The notes: a model not told the origin generated them from the sequence alone. A DNA stretch of 64,000 nucleotides from the human T2T-CHM13v2.0 reference genome, Homo sapiens (GCF_009914755.1 NC_060948.1), one strand, 5' to 3'; positions 42,332-57,347 are shown, counted from the stretch's first letter. Made by a program: numbers and translations.

Positions 42332-44202
42332 GATAATGTTTGGTAATTATTTAACTAAGCCAACATCTTAGCAGAATTCAGGCATCTGTCATTTTTCTAA
42401 CCTGCTGGTCTTTCATTAGTTTTACAAAGGTTGTTTAGTTTTAAGAAGGGCTATTATCATTTAAACTATAAGTTCAATTTCTCCCAAAGTTAGCTTGGCC
42501 TATGCTCAGCAATGATCATTGTAGTATGGTGGTGAAAGACAAGATGGTGTTGGTTAGGTCAGATCTCTTTCACTGTCATAATTTTCTCACAGTTACAAGT
42601 TTTGCAAAGGTGGTTTCAAGATGAAAGGAGTATACTCTTGTAAAGAGCGTAAAATTATTTCAGTCATTCTGTACCTGAAACAGGCACTCCCCCTTTTTGA
42701 TAGTTTAAATTTAAAAAGAAAATTAATAATCCCTGGATGTTGCAGTAAATGAAAATTCCAATGCAGAAACTGTGAAAACACATGCTTCAAAACACCACAT
42801 TCTTTTGTTAAACTTCAGAGATGCAAGCATTGCCATTTCCCTTGGCAAGCTTACAGAATATTTGGAGGAAATTCTGAACCTCAAAGATCAATCCATCCAG
42901 TAGGATGCTGTTTGAATAACTAAGATTTTTGAACACAAGGGACATTCATTAGCCTGCTATTGGAAAGGTTACAAAAACCCTTGTTTTGTAAGGGAGGAAG
43001 GGATTGTGGTGGAAGAAAGGCCAGTGATTCACAGCATGTTGAAAATCTTCACGATCCTCTGCAGAAACAAAATAAGCCAACAGATCATTCTGCAGAATTG
43101 TGAAAGAGAGAACAGTGAGTTAAGAAAAGATGTGCTGAAGACAGAATCATTCTGTTAGAAAATTACTCGTGCCTTAAAAATTAATTACCTCTCTCTTTAA
43201 TAGGGGACGAAAGCATTGCCCTGTGGTATTAGAGGGCACCCACACTGACATTATTCATCATTGTCATATGTACCCTGAATGAAAGGATTTCTTCTCCCAG
43301 GCAAAGCCTGATGCTCTTTATGAACAAACCGTGTCAAAGATTTAGTGATGGAGACTGGTGTTGCAGAACATTTTTGGCATAAAGCACTAATTAGTAATCA
43401 CTAATTAAATGGTGGGGGGCTTGCGTAATGTCTGAACATACCCACTAATCACAGCTAATCTCACATCAAGTTTCTCTGAACTTTAAAGAAATCACATTGG
43501 TAGGATGTGTCTTAAGTAAGACCAACCTCACAGTTGCAATACTGCCTCTCCTTGAAGCTGCAGGCAATGGTGACTCCTGATTTAGGCTTGGAATTTATTG
43601 TCATTGTAGGAAAAAAAAAATCTTATGACTTTCTTTGAAGCCTGGCCATTTCCTCCTTTCCAGCTCAGAGCATTTTTCCAATTGTTCACGAAACCTAATG
43701 GAAGAAAATCTGGTTAACTCTACTGGTATGCAGCCTCATCCTCTACTCTTTTTGTTTTAAAAGTAGAAGCCAACACTCAGTCTCTCATTGGAATGCTGTC
43801 AACTTTGGTTAGGAATATGCTTTGAAGTAGTTGGTTTGGATTTATGTTATTTTAGGGCTTAAAGCAGTCTGTCATCATACAAACAAGCCCCTCCCTTATG
43901 TGACACTGTTGTTCATAAAAGGCATCAGACTTTGCTCGGGAGAAATGCTCAACTAAGGACAGGAAAATGGTAAAAAACAACAACGCAAGAAACCTTCCCC
44001 AAATACTCAACTATAATATTTGTTCCTTACATACAATTTCTTTTTTTGAAGATCTACGTCATTAACTCATTTGAAGGGACATTTAGTACGTAATTTATCA
44101 TAGGAGTCTGTTGTGTTTAAAGAAAAATGTGCACACAAATGGTACCTTGAACCTCGTAAAATTTACAATGACTTCTGGGATTGCTTCATGTTATTAATAT
44201 TT

Positions 44203-44655
44203 TAGATTCATTTTGTCTTCTATTAGCCACATATATACCCAAAGATGACAAGGTATCATAATGTCAACTTAACAATAATCATTGTTTATGTAATTATTTC
44301 TGCCACAAAAATTTTTCTCTAGTTTTTTCTTTAATTTCCTGTAATTTCCACTAACACTGTAGATGCATTTTTCCTTCTACATTAGCCACATATATACCCA
44401 AAGATGACATGGTATCATAAGGTGAATGTAAACAATAATCATTATTTGTATAATTATTTCTGCCACAAAAATTGTTCTCCAGGTTTTTCTCTAATTTCCT
44501 ATAATTTCCACTAACATTTTAGATTTATTTTGCCTTCTACATTAGCCATATATACCTAAAGATGACATGGTATCATAATGTCAACCTAAACAATAACTAT
44601 TATCTATGTAATTATTTCTGCCACAAAAAATTTTCTACAGTTTTTCCTCTAATTT
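44203..44655. repeat. Tandem repeat, ~157-160-bp unit x 2.85
   Basis: Units start at 44203, 44360 and 44520 (tagat.catttt..cttcta..attagcca.atatatacc.aaagatgaca.ggtatcataa...taattatttctgccacaaaaa). Confidence 0.92.
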
Positions 44656-44703
44656 GTGGGGGACAGGGTTGTGGAGAGAGAGAATGAAGAAGGCAAGCTA
44701 TGA

Positions 44704-45000
<297 letters not shown>

Positions 45001-45130
45001 TGAACCAAGAAATGAATAGTCAGAGTTCATAGCTGAGATTCATGTCCAGGTTGCCAGAAGTCACTGTGGAAATTGCAACAGAAAATGCCCAAAAGACAAA
45101 ATGAACCCATCTTCATATATTTTAACTCAG

Positions 45131-45400
45131 CTTTTTTTCCATTTGCTCTGTCACTCAGGCTGGAGTGCAGAGGCATGATCATAGCTCATTGCAGCCTCCA
45201 ACTCCTGAGCTTAAGCCTTCTCCAATCTCAACCTGCTGAATACCTGGGACTAATGGTTAAATTTTAATTTTTATTTTTATAGAGAAGTGGTCTTGCTATG
45301 TTTGCTCAGGGTGGTCTCAAACTCCTAGCCTCAAGTGATCCTCCTCCCTTGGCCTCTCAAACTGCTGAGGTGACAGAATTGAGCCACCATGCTTGGTTAG
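45131..45400 (-). mobile_element. AluJ
   Basis: caggctggagtgcagaggcatgatcatagctcattgcagcc ... cctcaagtgatcctcc. Confidence 0.85.
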
Positions 45401-45767
45401 CAATATCTCCTCATTTAAGTGTGTGACAATTAGGTGTCGGTTACAATGATAGGAAAAAAATAACTGCTTTAGAAGGGCGGACACTATTGTTTCTTTTGAC
45501 AGTCTCACTGTATTTGAACATTTGAAATTTTATTAACTTCTAGCTACAATTTGGTAAGAGTAATATGGAAGAGAGACAGTACGTCAATAAGGAAGAGAAA
45601 TAGTATGTCAATATTGCAGATTTATAGATTTTTAATCAACTGGGCTTTTAACCACGTGTTTTTTTAAAAGACACTTCTCTAATTCACATTAATTCTTTAA
45701 ATCTTCTGGAAACATTAGGAACATGGCTGGTGCATTCATAGAGAAGTAGATTCTACCCATAGGAATA

Positions 45768-46165
45768 GTGTCTCTCTCCCTGACTCTGTCTCCCTCCCTC
45801 TCTCTCTTCCCCTTTCACTCTCCTCTTTCCCTCTCTCTTCCTGTCTCTCCCTCTCTATGTCCTCTCACTTTCTCTCTGTCTCTCTCTCTGTTTTCCTCTG
45901 TCTCTCGCCCTTCCTCTCTCCCCTCCTTCCACTGTCTCTCCTCGATCTCCCTCTCCCTCACACTATCCTCTCACCTCTTTCTCCTTTTCTCCCCTTCTCT
46001 CTTTGTCTCTCTTCCTCTCTCTCCCTCTCCAGTTCCCCAGTTTCTTCCTCACTGTCTCTCTTCCTCTCTCACTTCCCCCCCTTCACACTCTGTCTCTCTC
46101 CCTTTATTTCTTTCTCTCTGTCTCCCTTTTTCTCCCTCTGTCTCTTTCCCTTTCTTCCTCTCCTG
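45768..46165. repeat. CT-rich low-complexity polypyrimidine tract
   Basis: About 400 bp of almost only C and T. Confidence 0.9.
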
Positions 46166-46887
46166 CAAACATGACTTTCAGCAAAGGACCACCTTACTGG
46201 TCAGTTCAGCATGAGGCACTTGGAAGTGTCCACAGTTTCCTTTATCTCTCTCTCTCTAACAGGCCAGTCAGCATGACATCCTCTACTTGTCCCCGTGGGA
46301 GCTCCAAACCCTCCCTGGGGCCCTGCTAATAACCTGGAAAAAGCTGCTGTTGGCAAAATAGGGGAAGGGGAAACCGCAGAAACACACTCACATCATGTTA
46401 CCTCAATCAGACATGCACTTGTATGTGGTAGTTAGCATAGGCAACCACACCCAACCAGATGTGCACTTGGGCCTCTAAGTAGTAATTGCTCATGCTGCCT
46501 AAGTGGTGGTCAGCATAGACAGCCACACCCCTGAGCCCTGCCAGAGCACCTGAGGCTCACTCAATGCAATTCCCTGATGCTAATGCAAGAGGGAGGCTCT
46601 CTGCAGTATCAGATGAAACTTCAAAGAGAAGTCCACAGGAATTTGTGGCAATTGGTTCTGGAAGCTGGATCACCAATTCTTGGCTGTGGCCTAAAAGGAG
46701 AAAGCAGGAAAATCTGCAGAACAGATCCAGCCCTCTGTTACCTGGCCAGGTACAAATGAATATTCATAATAGCCATCTCAGTCATCAACACAGCATTGTG
46801 ATATGTTCTGTGTCATTGGTAGGCTTCAGAATGGCACCACACTGACTGGACCATTTACATCTGAAGTACTCAAAATCTTAATGGAAT

Positions 46888-47161
46888 TTTTCTTTCTTTT
46901 CTTTTTTTTTTTTTTTTTTTGAGACGGAGTCTCACTCTGTCACTCAGGCAGGAGTGCAGCATCATGATCTTCACTCATGTCAACCTCTGTCTCCCAGTTT
47001 TAAAATGATTGTCCTGCGTCAGCTTCCCAAGTAGCTGGGCTTACAGGTGACCATCACCATGCCCAGCTAATTTTTCTATTTTTAGTAGAGATGGTTTTTT
47101 ACCATATTGGCCAAGCTGGTCTCAAACTTCTTGACCTGATGTGATCCGCCTGCCTCAGCCT
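46888..47161 (-). mobile_element. AluS, 5'-truncated
   Basis: T tail; gagacggagtctcactctgtc ... gtgatccgcctgcctcagcc. Confidence 0.9.
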
Positions 47162-47187
47162 CTGGAATTGTTATTTATTAAAGTTAT

Positions 47188-47500
47188 CAGCTGGGTAAGG
47201 TGGCTCATGCCTGTTATCCCAGCAGTTTGGGAAGCTGAGTGGGGAGTATGGCTTGAGCCCAGGAGTTTGAGCCCAGCCTGTGCAACTTAGTGAGACCACA
47301 TTTATACAAAAATAAATAAATAAAAACAAGCCAGGGCTGGTGGTGGACGCCTGTGGTCTCAGTTGCTTGGGAGGCTGAGGAGGGAGGATCACTTGAGCCA
47401 GGGAGGTCAAGTCTTCAGTGAGCTCTGAAGGTGTCACTGCACTTCACCCTGGGTGGCAGAGAGAGACCCTGTCTAAACATAAAGAAATAAAATTAAAAAA
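47188..47500 (+). mobile_element. AluJ
   Basis: ggtggctcatgcctgttatccc ... gcttgagcccaggagtttgag ... aggatcacttgagcc. Confidence 0.88.
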
Positions 47501-48061
47501 ATACCTTTCTTTAAAGTAACTGCAGGACTTTCTTCACTTCCTGCACCATCTGAACAAGTTTCTAGATCACTATGCTCCTCAGTGTCTTCTTTAGCAAGAT
47601 AGGACAGATGAGGATTTCCTAAAATCCTCCAAACTCTGAATTCCTTGAGTTCGTAGTTCATAATGTTTTGCCCAGGAGACCAAATGACTTTTGACCTCAA
47701 ACTAGTGCTAATAACAGGGAAGAGGAAAGGCTCATATTTGTAGTAACTTTATTTTAAAAACAGGAACAATGAATAATCTGATGAACCATTTGGCATAGAG
47801 ATTTCTATGGCATTTTTGAAAATACATAGATATTCACATTTCTCAGTTGATATGACAGTTGTAGATTTAGAAAGCAGTCAGAACCAACTTCAGGAGTAAT
47901 GAAACACATGTAAGCCACACTAATTAGAGGAAAGTGTTAATTATTTAAGTCAGCAGGTTGGAAGTTATTATTTGCTGCAAAAATACCTTTTTGTTGGTCA
48001 TTTATGCAAGGCAGTGCTTCTAAACAGCCCATCAGTATTATCAAGAATTTTGAAAAATATG

Positions 48062-48382
<321 letters not shown>

Positions 48383-48804
48383 TTAGGAATTCTAGTCTAA
48401 TGAAGGCAAAGTACCTGTGGAAAGAGACAGTTTTATGAAGATATTCACCCCAGTATTATTATCATAGCAAAGAATGAAATGGAAAAGCTACAAGATCAAA
48501 AGGAGATGAAAGTTATTAGAAACCATATGCAATAACTCAAAAGAATAATAATTTACCTAAGATATTCAACAGCTGGAAAAATGCAGTGTAGACAACTATA
48601 TAAATATTGGGCTCAGCTATTCAAAACAATGTTTGAATGGAAGAGAAAGATGTAAGAAAGAATTATGTTAATTCCCAACATACTCATTTTGCTAAGGTGA
48701 GTTTTGCTTTAATGTTTGACTTATGGGTGATTTTTTTTCATTATCCAAGTTTTTTAGTGTCATCAGGAGTTATATTACTTTCCTAACATACAAATAACTG
48801 TTTT

Positions 48805-48920
48805 ATATATGTTACTTATATATATGTGTGTGTGTATATATATATGTGTGTGTGTATATATATGTGTGTGTGTATATATATGTGTGTGTATATATATGTG
48901 AGTATATATATATATACACA
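48805..48920. repeat. Compound (TA)n(TG)n repeat
   Basis: Repeated tatatatatgtgtgtgtg blocks. Confidence 0.9.
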
Positions 48921-49587
48921 CAAAAATATGCTGCTACCTAGATTATTGCCAGTAGTTATAAGAAGGGTAGGAAAGGAACATCTCAGAGCATTTTTATCTA
49001 ATTCTGAATGTTTTAACTAATGAAAGTATCCAACAGATTACATATTGACATTTTTTTCTTTTGGACATTTTAAAATAATCTTCAGAGCCAAGTACTCAAG
49101 TCAATACTTGTACATTTCTGACAGAAATGTTTCCAAGATGGCTTTGCTGACATAATGGTTAAAGCCATATTGGTTTCAAGTTGCAGTCCTGTGTGTCATC
49201 TTTGGGCAATCCTTTAGTCTTTAAAAATCATATCTTCCTGATGACAATCACATTTTCCTCATATTTGATTGCTTCCATGACATGAAAAATCAACACGGCA
49301 TCTGGACTTACAGCTGAATGCTTTATTCTTTAGTGCCTGACTCAGTCTGGGATTTACAGAAACGTCAGGAAGTGATCGTAAATGGAATGCTGTGATTTTT
49401 ACGGCCTGCCGTCTCTTGTCCTGTTATGATTAAAAATACAGATTTTATACTTCTGGACATTCATGTAGTAGACTGAGCTGATGGAGAATTTTAAGCTATA
49501 CAGAATTTTACTCCTAAAATTGCCCATGCTTTTTCAAGTTTCTCACCAAGTGGAGAATTTTTCCTATGTGGCAAAAAAATAAAAAAA

Positions 49588-49620
<33 letters not shown>

Positions 49621-50174
49621 ATCTCTGAGTTACCAGTGGATATAGTTTTGAAGAAAATGACAAAAAATACTTGTTAGTTGGGTACCTGGTTGAGGATTAG
49701 GCATAGCTAAGCTAATGCATTTACATTAATTCCCAAACCGTAATATCTTCATTAGACGCAGGGTAGAAATGCATTTCTAAATTAGCACTCTGAAATTCAT
49801 TCAACTGGATTTATTTTTTCCCATAATGAAGAGACACCTGGATTTGTTTGTGAGACAAGATAGCCTTTGATCTTTTACTAGTTTAAGGCCTGTTTTTTTG
49901 TTTGTTTATTTTCCCCTTTGGAAATGGGAATGTAGTTGCTGTTGCATTTTTATGTATGGCATCTGAAGGTAAGGAAGCAAAAATGACACTAAATTGTGGA
50001 AGAAAAAAAGAAATCACATGTATTTTACCAGTGCACGAAAAGCCTCAATGTGGTTTCATTTCCTTAAACTCGTGTGTGTGTGTGTGTGTGTGTAGAATAA
50101 CATTCCCTAAAATGAATGTTCAGGGGGAGGGAATCAAAATGAAAATGGGTAAAAGAGCCCTCTGACAGAGCTGA

Positions 50175-51254
<1,080 letters not shown>

Positions 51255-51419
51255 TGAGAACTCAAATTTTCTTTATTACCAAAGTGTTTTACTCCTAAAA
51301 CACTTTAGTGTCAAACCAGATTTTTACTAGATTTCTAATTGCCCATTAGAAATTCTAGAATTCCTACTTGCAGGTGCAGGACTTACACATATATAATGGT
51401 TTTGTTAACAGCTGATCAC

Positions 51420-51945
51420 TTTTGTTTTTGTTCTTACTGTTGTTGAAGAGACACAGTCTCACTCTGCTGTCCAGGCTGGTGTGCAGTGATACAACATAGC
51501 ACACTACAGCCTTGAACTCCTAGGCTCAAGCCATTCTCCTGCCTCAGCCTCCTGAGTAGCTTGGATTACAGGTGACTGCCATGGCTGGCTAATGTTTATT
51601 TTTTTTATTTTTTTGTAGAGACAAGTTCTCACTCTGTTGTCTAGGCTGGAGTGCAATGGTGCAAGCATAGCTCACGGTGGCCTAGAAATCATGGATTTAT
51701 TTGATCCTCACATCTCAGCATCTCAAGCAGCTGGGACTACAGACATGCACCACCATGCCCTTGCATGGATTTTTGTAGAGACAGGGTTTCCTATGTTGCC
51801 CAAGCTGTTCTGAAACTCCTGGTCTCAACGGATCCTCCCTCCTCACCCTTCTGAATAGCTGGGACTACAGGTGAATGCCACCATACCCAGCTAATTTTAA
51901 AATTTATTTTGTTAGAAACAGGATTTTGCTATGTCACCTGAGCTA
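51420..51945 (-). mobile_element. Cluster of AluJ/monomer fragments
   Basis: Three successive arm-like units (gagacacagtctcactctg..., gagacaagttctcactctg..., gagacagggtttcctatgttgccc...) and the start of a fourth. Confidence 0.8.
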
Positions 51946-53093
51946 CCACTTGGGGAATTGTTTAGATTGCCTGACCATATGAATACAAACAATTGTCACA
52001 ATATTTATAGAGAAATATAAATAAATATTCCTATATATATTTAACATATATAGAGAGAAAAGAACTATTCCCATATGTATAATATATATATTATATATAT
52101 ATTTGCATTTGTATATATATACACATAAATACCAGTATATTTCTGTGTATATACATATACAAATAGTAATATATATATACTATATATGCATATACAATAT
52201 ATAATATAGAAATACAAACAACTACAAATATATACATACTATATATACAAGTACAAATTTATGTACATATACATATATATTTGTATTTCCTTTGCTGTAT
52301 AAATAGATAGAGAGCAAAGAAAAATATATGATATTTATATTATATTGTTATATGTCATGCATATATAAACACATACACACACATATGTCACAGGAAAGCT
52401 CATTTATTGACCTAAATATAGTAGAAAATATACAAAAAACACACATACAACAGAGACTGCCAATATTCTACTGAGTGGATTCTCTTCAAACCATGGGAGA
52501 AAAGAAACAAAAGCATCCTAAATAGGTCCAAATATTGTGGCATCTTTTAATTTTCTCCTGTCTAATAATGTAACTATGGAAATCAATGGAGTATCATTCT
52601 GTTCTACCTGTGTGTGCCACCATCATCCACCCTGAGTTTCTTTAAACTGAATAGAAGAGCAACATGTGCATGTCACCCAGGGAGGGTCAATCTTCCCATG
52701 TGGAATGAGGCTCTCAGACTGCAGTGGCCCTGCCATGCATGAGCTGTACACAGTAATTCTGATAAGATCAGAGGACACGATTTTTGTTTGTTTGTTTGGT
52801 TGGTTGGTTTTTTTGGCAAACATATAGCATGTTAGCATGTTTTTGAAGTGGAAAATGTATCATCTGGATATCAACTTTCCAAAATCAGACTGTGTAGATT
52901 TGGTCTGAGAATGGCTACCAGGAGGAGAACAGAGGAGGGACCAACAGTTGTTGGAGATGCTCGTCTATCACTGAAAGGTTCTTTCCTGCATGAAGAAATG
53001 ATTTAAATCAAATTCATATTTTTTTTCTAAGTAAACCTTGTTTATTAGTTAGCTTGGGCTGCTGTTACCAGAGTGCCAAAATCTGTATGGCTG

Positions 53094-53222
53094 TGCCGGG
53101 CAGAGTGGCTTATGCCTGTAACCCCAGCACTTTGGGAGGCCAAGGCCGGAGGACTGCCTAAGGAGGTCAAGAGTTTAAGACAACCCTGGGCAACATAGTG
53201 AGAGTCTGTCTCTACAAAACAA
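53094..53222 (+). mobile_element. Alu left arm only
   Basis: gccgggcagagtggcttatgcctgtaa ... gtctctacaaaa, ending at the mid A-rich linker. Confidence 0.8.
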
Positions 53223-53226
53223 ATGA

Positions 53227-54146
53227 TGCCCCACAAGCCGCAAAAACCAGCAAGTTTTTATTAGGGATTTTCAAAAGGGGAGGGAGTGTGCAAATAGGTG
53301 TGGGTCACAGACATCAAGTACTTTACAAGGTAATGGAATATCACAAGGCAAATGGAGGCAGGGTGAGATCACAGGACCACGGCAGCGGGGCGAAATTAAA
53401 ATTGCTAATGAAGTTTCGAGCACCATTGTCATTGACAACATCTTATCAGGAGACAGGGTTTTGAGAGCAACTGGTCTGACCAAATATTTATTAGGCAGGA
53501 ATTTCCTCTTCCTAATAAGCCTGGGAGCGCTATGGGAGACTGGGGTCTATTTCACCCCTACGGCCTCAACCATAAGAGATGGGCTCACCTAGGGGGGCTG
53601 TTTATAGGCCTATACTTCCAGGCGAGTATTCTCTTTCCCAGGGATGTTCCTTGCTGAGAAAAAGAATTCAGCAATATTTTTCCCATTTGCTTTTGAAAGA
53701 AGAGAAATATGGCTCTGTTCCGTCTGGCTCACTGGCAGTCAGAGTTTAAGGTTATCTCTCTTATTCCCTGAACAATTGCTGTTATCCTGTTCTTTTTTCA
53801 AGGTGCCCAGATTTCATATTGTTTAAACGCACATGTTCTACAATTTGTGCAGTTAATGCAATTATTACATGGTCTTGAGGCAACATACATCCTCATCAGC
53901 TGACAGGATTAAGAAATTAAAGTAAAGACAACATAGGAAATCACAAGCGTATTGATTGGGGAAGTGATAAGTGCCCATGAAATCTTTACAATTTATGTTT
54001 AGAGATTGCAGTAAAGGCAGGCATAAGAAATTATAAAAATATTAATTTGGGGAACAAATAAATGTCCATGAAATCTTCAGAATCCATGTTCTTCTGCCAT
54101 GGCTTCAGCCAGTCCCTCCGTTTGGTGTCCCTGACTTCCCACAACA
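53227..54146 (-). mobile_element. MER11 (HERV-K11) LTR, 3' end missing
   Basis: ccagcaagtttttattagggattttcaaaaggggaggg ... gctgagaaaaagaattcagc ... ccctgacttcccacaaca terminus. Confidence 0.85.
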
Positions 54147-54441
54147 CTCAGTATTAGGGTGGGAGTGATCCAATGTCCCAGGTGCCATCTGTTACCCCTT
54201 TCTTTGACTAGGAAAGGGAATTCCCTGACCCCTTGCACTTCCCAGGTGAGGCGATGCCTCGCCCTGCTTCAGCTCACACTTGGTGCGCTGCACCCACTGT
54301 CCTGTGACCACTGTCCGACACTCCCCAGTGAGATGAACCCGGTACCTCAGTTGGAAATGCAGAAATCACCCGTCTTCTACATCGCTCATGCTGGGAGCTG
54401 TAGACTGGAGCTGTTCCTATGCAGCCATCTTGGCTCCACCT
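54147..54441 (-). mobile_element. Extreme 5' end (5'UTR) of a primate L1PA element
   Basis: ggtacctcagttggaaatgcagaaatcacccgtcttc ... gggagctgtagactggagctgttcctat...gccatcttggctccacc; YY1 site CAAGATGGC on the - strand at 54424-54432. Confidence 0.9.
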
Positions 54442-55829
54442 ACCAGTCTTCATATATTTTATAGAACCATTAAAACAATAGTGAAATCTAAATAATGCTG
54501 TTAAATTCTCATTAACTCCTCCTGACTCCCAAAGGCTATGATACTGAGGCTGGCTATGTCACTATTAAAAAAAAAAAAAAAGAAAAAAAAAGATACGAAA
54601 AGATAAAGGAAGTTAAATCATTTTATGAGGTGACTATTATCATGACTGGCATCAAATGGATGCTTTTACCAAGATATCATGAAAGTCTGAAAGAGCCGTG
54701 AGAATACCAGTGATCTCTCTGTTACTGAGTGCTTTTTAATGCCATGAATCTATTTCTTAAAGTCACCTGGTTTAGAGCCTGTGATTTCCACCCTGCATTT
54801 AGGGAGTACATTCACATTGCCATTTATGGTCTGTGTTGAGGGTGCTTCTAGCTTTTGTGAAGGCCCTGACATCACCGGAAGAGAGGAGGAAGGAAAAACC
54901 ACTAGAACCACCAGAGCAGAGATTCTCTGATGCTACTCAAATTAAAAACTTCAGATAGAGAGTTCACTGAGGTAATGAGAGCCTGAATGTCAGTCTGTCT
55001 GAAGTCTCTATTTTTGTTTCTTCCATCCATAGGAAACATCCCTGAAATAACAGAGTGTATTAATGCAGTGAGTTCTTTTGTTTCATTAGAAATGTATTAG
55101 AATGACTCAAATGATTCATCAAGGAAGTTACTCAGAACTTACATGTCATGTGAAATGCATGATGTGGATTCAAATATAAATGTTTTAAGTGATCACACTT
55201 GTTTGGCAGCCCTATAAGAGAAAGAAATGAGGAATTTCACTGTTGCTAGTTATTTGCTTATTGTAAACTGGATGGTGGCCTGATCCCTCCAGGGCAGAGA
55301 AAGATTCCCTGGTCGTCAGGTGCAGAGAACAAATGAAACTGATACCTGTAAGGAGAAAACATGGGATGTATCTCATCTGCTGTCATGGTGTGACCTGGCA
55401 AGTTTAACACCATTCTACAGAGCACACACTCAGACAATGACTCACAGAAAAGGAGAGGGTATTTCTGCATATCCTCACTGTTCCCTTCCAGCACTGGAGG
55501 TGACAAGAGGAAACAAGAATAGCTCCCAGCGTGTCTGTCAGTACACAGTGCTGTGGAGAGAGGATCACATTGTGCCAAGACATACTTCCCCACTCTCAGT
55601 GGTCATCATGTCATGTGTTTTAAACCTGCAGGCATAGCACAGTCTCCTGATGACAAATGTTTGTGGAGATGAAGTGGATGGTGCCTGGATGCTTCTTTAC
55701 AGACATCTCAAAGCAGATGGTTCTGATTCTTACTATGAGTTTAAAAGTACATATACCTGGTATGCATATACCTTTGGAATTTGGATGATCACAGAAAAAT
55801 GATGTTGGAATGTGCATGTCAGGAAAAAT

Positions 55830-56422
55830 TAGGAAGGGAGGATGAAGGGACTGAAGGAAGGAGAGTTGTGATGAAGGAAAGAAGGGAAGGAGGGAGGAAG
55901 GAGGGAGGAGGGGTGGGAGGGAAAGAAGAGAGAGAGAGGAAGGGAGGGAAAGAAGGAAGGAAGAAGGAAGGGAGGGAATCAAGAAAGGAGTAAAGGAAGG
56001 GAGGAAGTAAGGAAAGAAAGAGGGAAGAGGGAGAAGAGAAATGAAAGATGTAAGAAGGGAAGGAAGGTGAAAGGAAGGAAGGGAGGAAGGAAGGGAGGAA
56101 GGAAGGAAGAAAAGAAGGAAGCAAAGAAAAGAAAGTGAGAGAAAAGAAAGAGAGGAAGGGAGGAGGAAGAAAGAAGAGAGGAAGGAAGGAAAGAGAGATT
56201 AGGGAGAGAGGCAAGGATAAAAATGGATGGAGACAAAAAAGAAGGAAGGGAGAGAGGAAGGAAGGAAGAGAGGGAGAAAAAAGAGGGAATGGAGGAGGAG
56301 AGGAAGAAAGGATTGAGGGAAGGGAGGGATGGGTAAGGGAAAGAAGAAAAACAGGGAAAGGGAGGGTGAGAGATAAAAGAGGGAAGGGAGTAGGGGAGGA
56401 AGGAAAGAAGGAGGGAGGGAGG
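55830..56422. repeat. GA-rich (GGAA/GGGA) low-complexity purine tract
   Basis: About 600 bp of almost only G and A. Confidence 0.92.
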
Positions 56423-57046
56423 GACAATTGGATCCTTGCTTACAAATCATGTCACCTGTATATTTTCATGTTAATATTAGGTAAGAGGGCCCTCCCATCT
56501 TAGAAAGGCAGATTCAGCAAGCACACACAGTAGAAATGAGAAGAAAGTTGCTGCAGAAGCTCTAAACCATGAAAGCCTTGATCAAGACAGGATGTTGAAA
56601 TCAGTGAATGTCAGGGCCTCAAATAATCCTTGCTATTTTTTAATTATTATTTTGAATAGGGAAGCAAGTGCCCAGGCCTGTGCCTGAGGGGGATTCTCCC
56701 CTGTAGCAAGGAGGTGTTTCAATGTTAGTCCAGGTCACGGGACTAAAATCATGCTTGAAGAGAACTGAGTAAGCCCAAACATGCAAAGCCATTGTAGAAA
56801 TAAGGTAGATTAAAACCATTTTTGTAAATGAGAAGCACCATCAAGCAAAAGTGAAAACTAACTCTGAGGTTTGAAAGGGGCTCTAGAGAATTAAACTTAT
56901 TTTCCTCTAAAATTATTTGGGAAATAGGAGAAAAGGGGTTTGTCTAAGCTGATCAATAAAATGCAGGTGCCCATTGATCCAGGATTCTCTCATTTTGAGC
57001 TCTATGTGGAAAGAGATCGGCAAAAAGGAGTGGGGGAACCTTGGTC

Positions 57047-57347
57047 TTTTTTTTTTTTTTCTTCCGAGACAGAGTCTTTCTGTGTCACACAGGCTGGAGT
57101 GTGGTGGTGCGATCTCATGTGATATCAGCTCACTGCAACCTCCGCCTCTGGGTTCAAGCAATTATCCTGTCTCAGCATCCCAAGTAGCTGGGATTACAAG
57201 CTCCCATCAGTGTACCCAGCTAATTTTATTTTTAGTAGAAACAGGGTTTCACCATGTTGTCCTGGTCTCAAACTTCTGACCTCATGATCTGTGCACCCCA
57301 GCCTCTCTAAGTGCTGGGATTATAGGCTTGAGCCACTGCGCCCAGCC
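57047..57347 (-). mobile_element. AluS
   Basis: T tail; ctcactgcaacctccgcctc ... gagccactgcgcccagcc. Confidence 0.9.

Larger units (their letters stand above)
33862..42618 (-). mobile_element. LTR8-like ERV1 solo LTR split into three pieces (33862-34221, 34634-34692, 42332-42618) by nested insertions
   Basis: Begins tgtaactgcccaac...gaattgcaataaacagtttaattc and ends ggttaggtcagatctctttcactgtcataattt...gcaaaggtggtttca; the pieces read as continuous once the inserts are removed. Confidence 0.7.

Noticed and set aside
44203-44655. CRISPR-like array; also the LTR12 repeats at 42060-42270
   Set aside because: Eukaryotic DNA; the units are contiguous tandem copies without unique spacers and there are no cas genes.
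45768-46329. Ser/Leu/Pro-rich ORFs
   Set aside because: Translations of a CT low-complexity tract.
55620-56503. Several 70-200-aa ORFs on both strands
   Set aside because: Translations of a GA-rich low-complexity tract.
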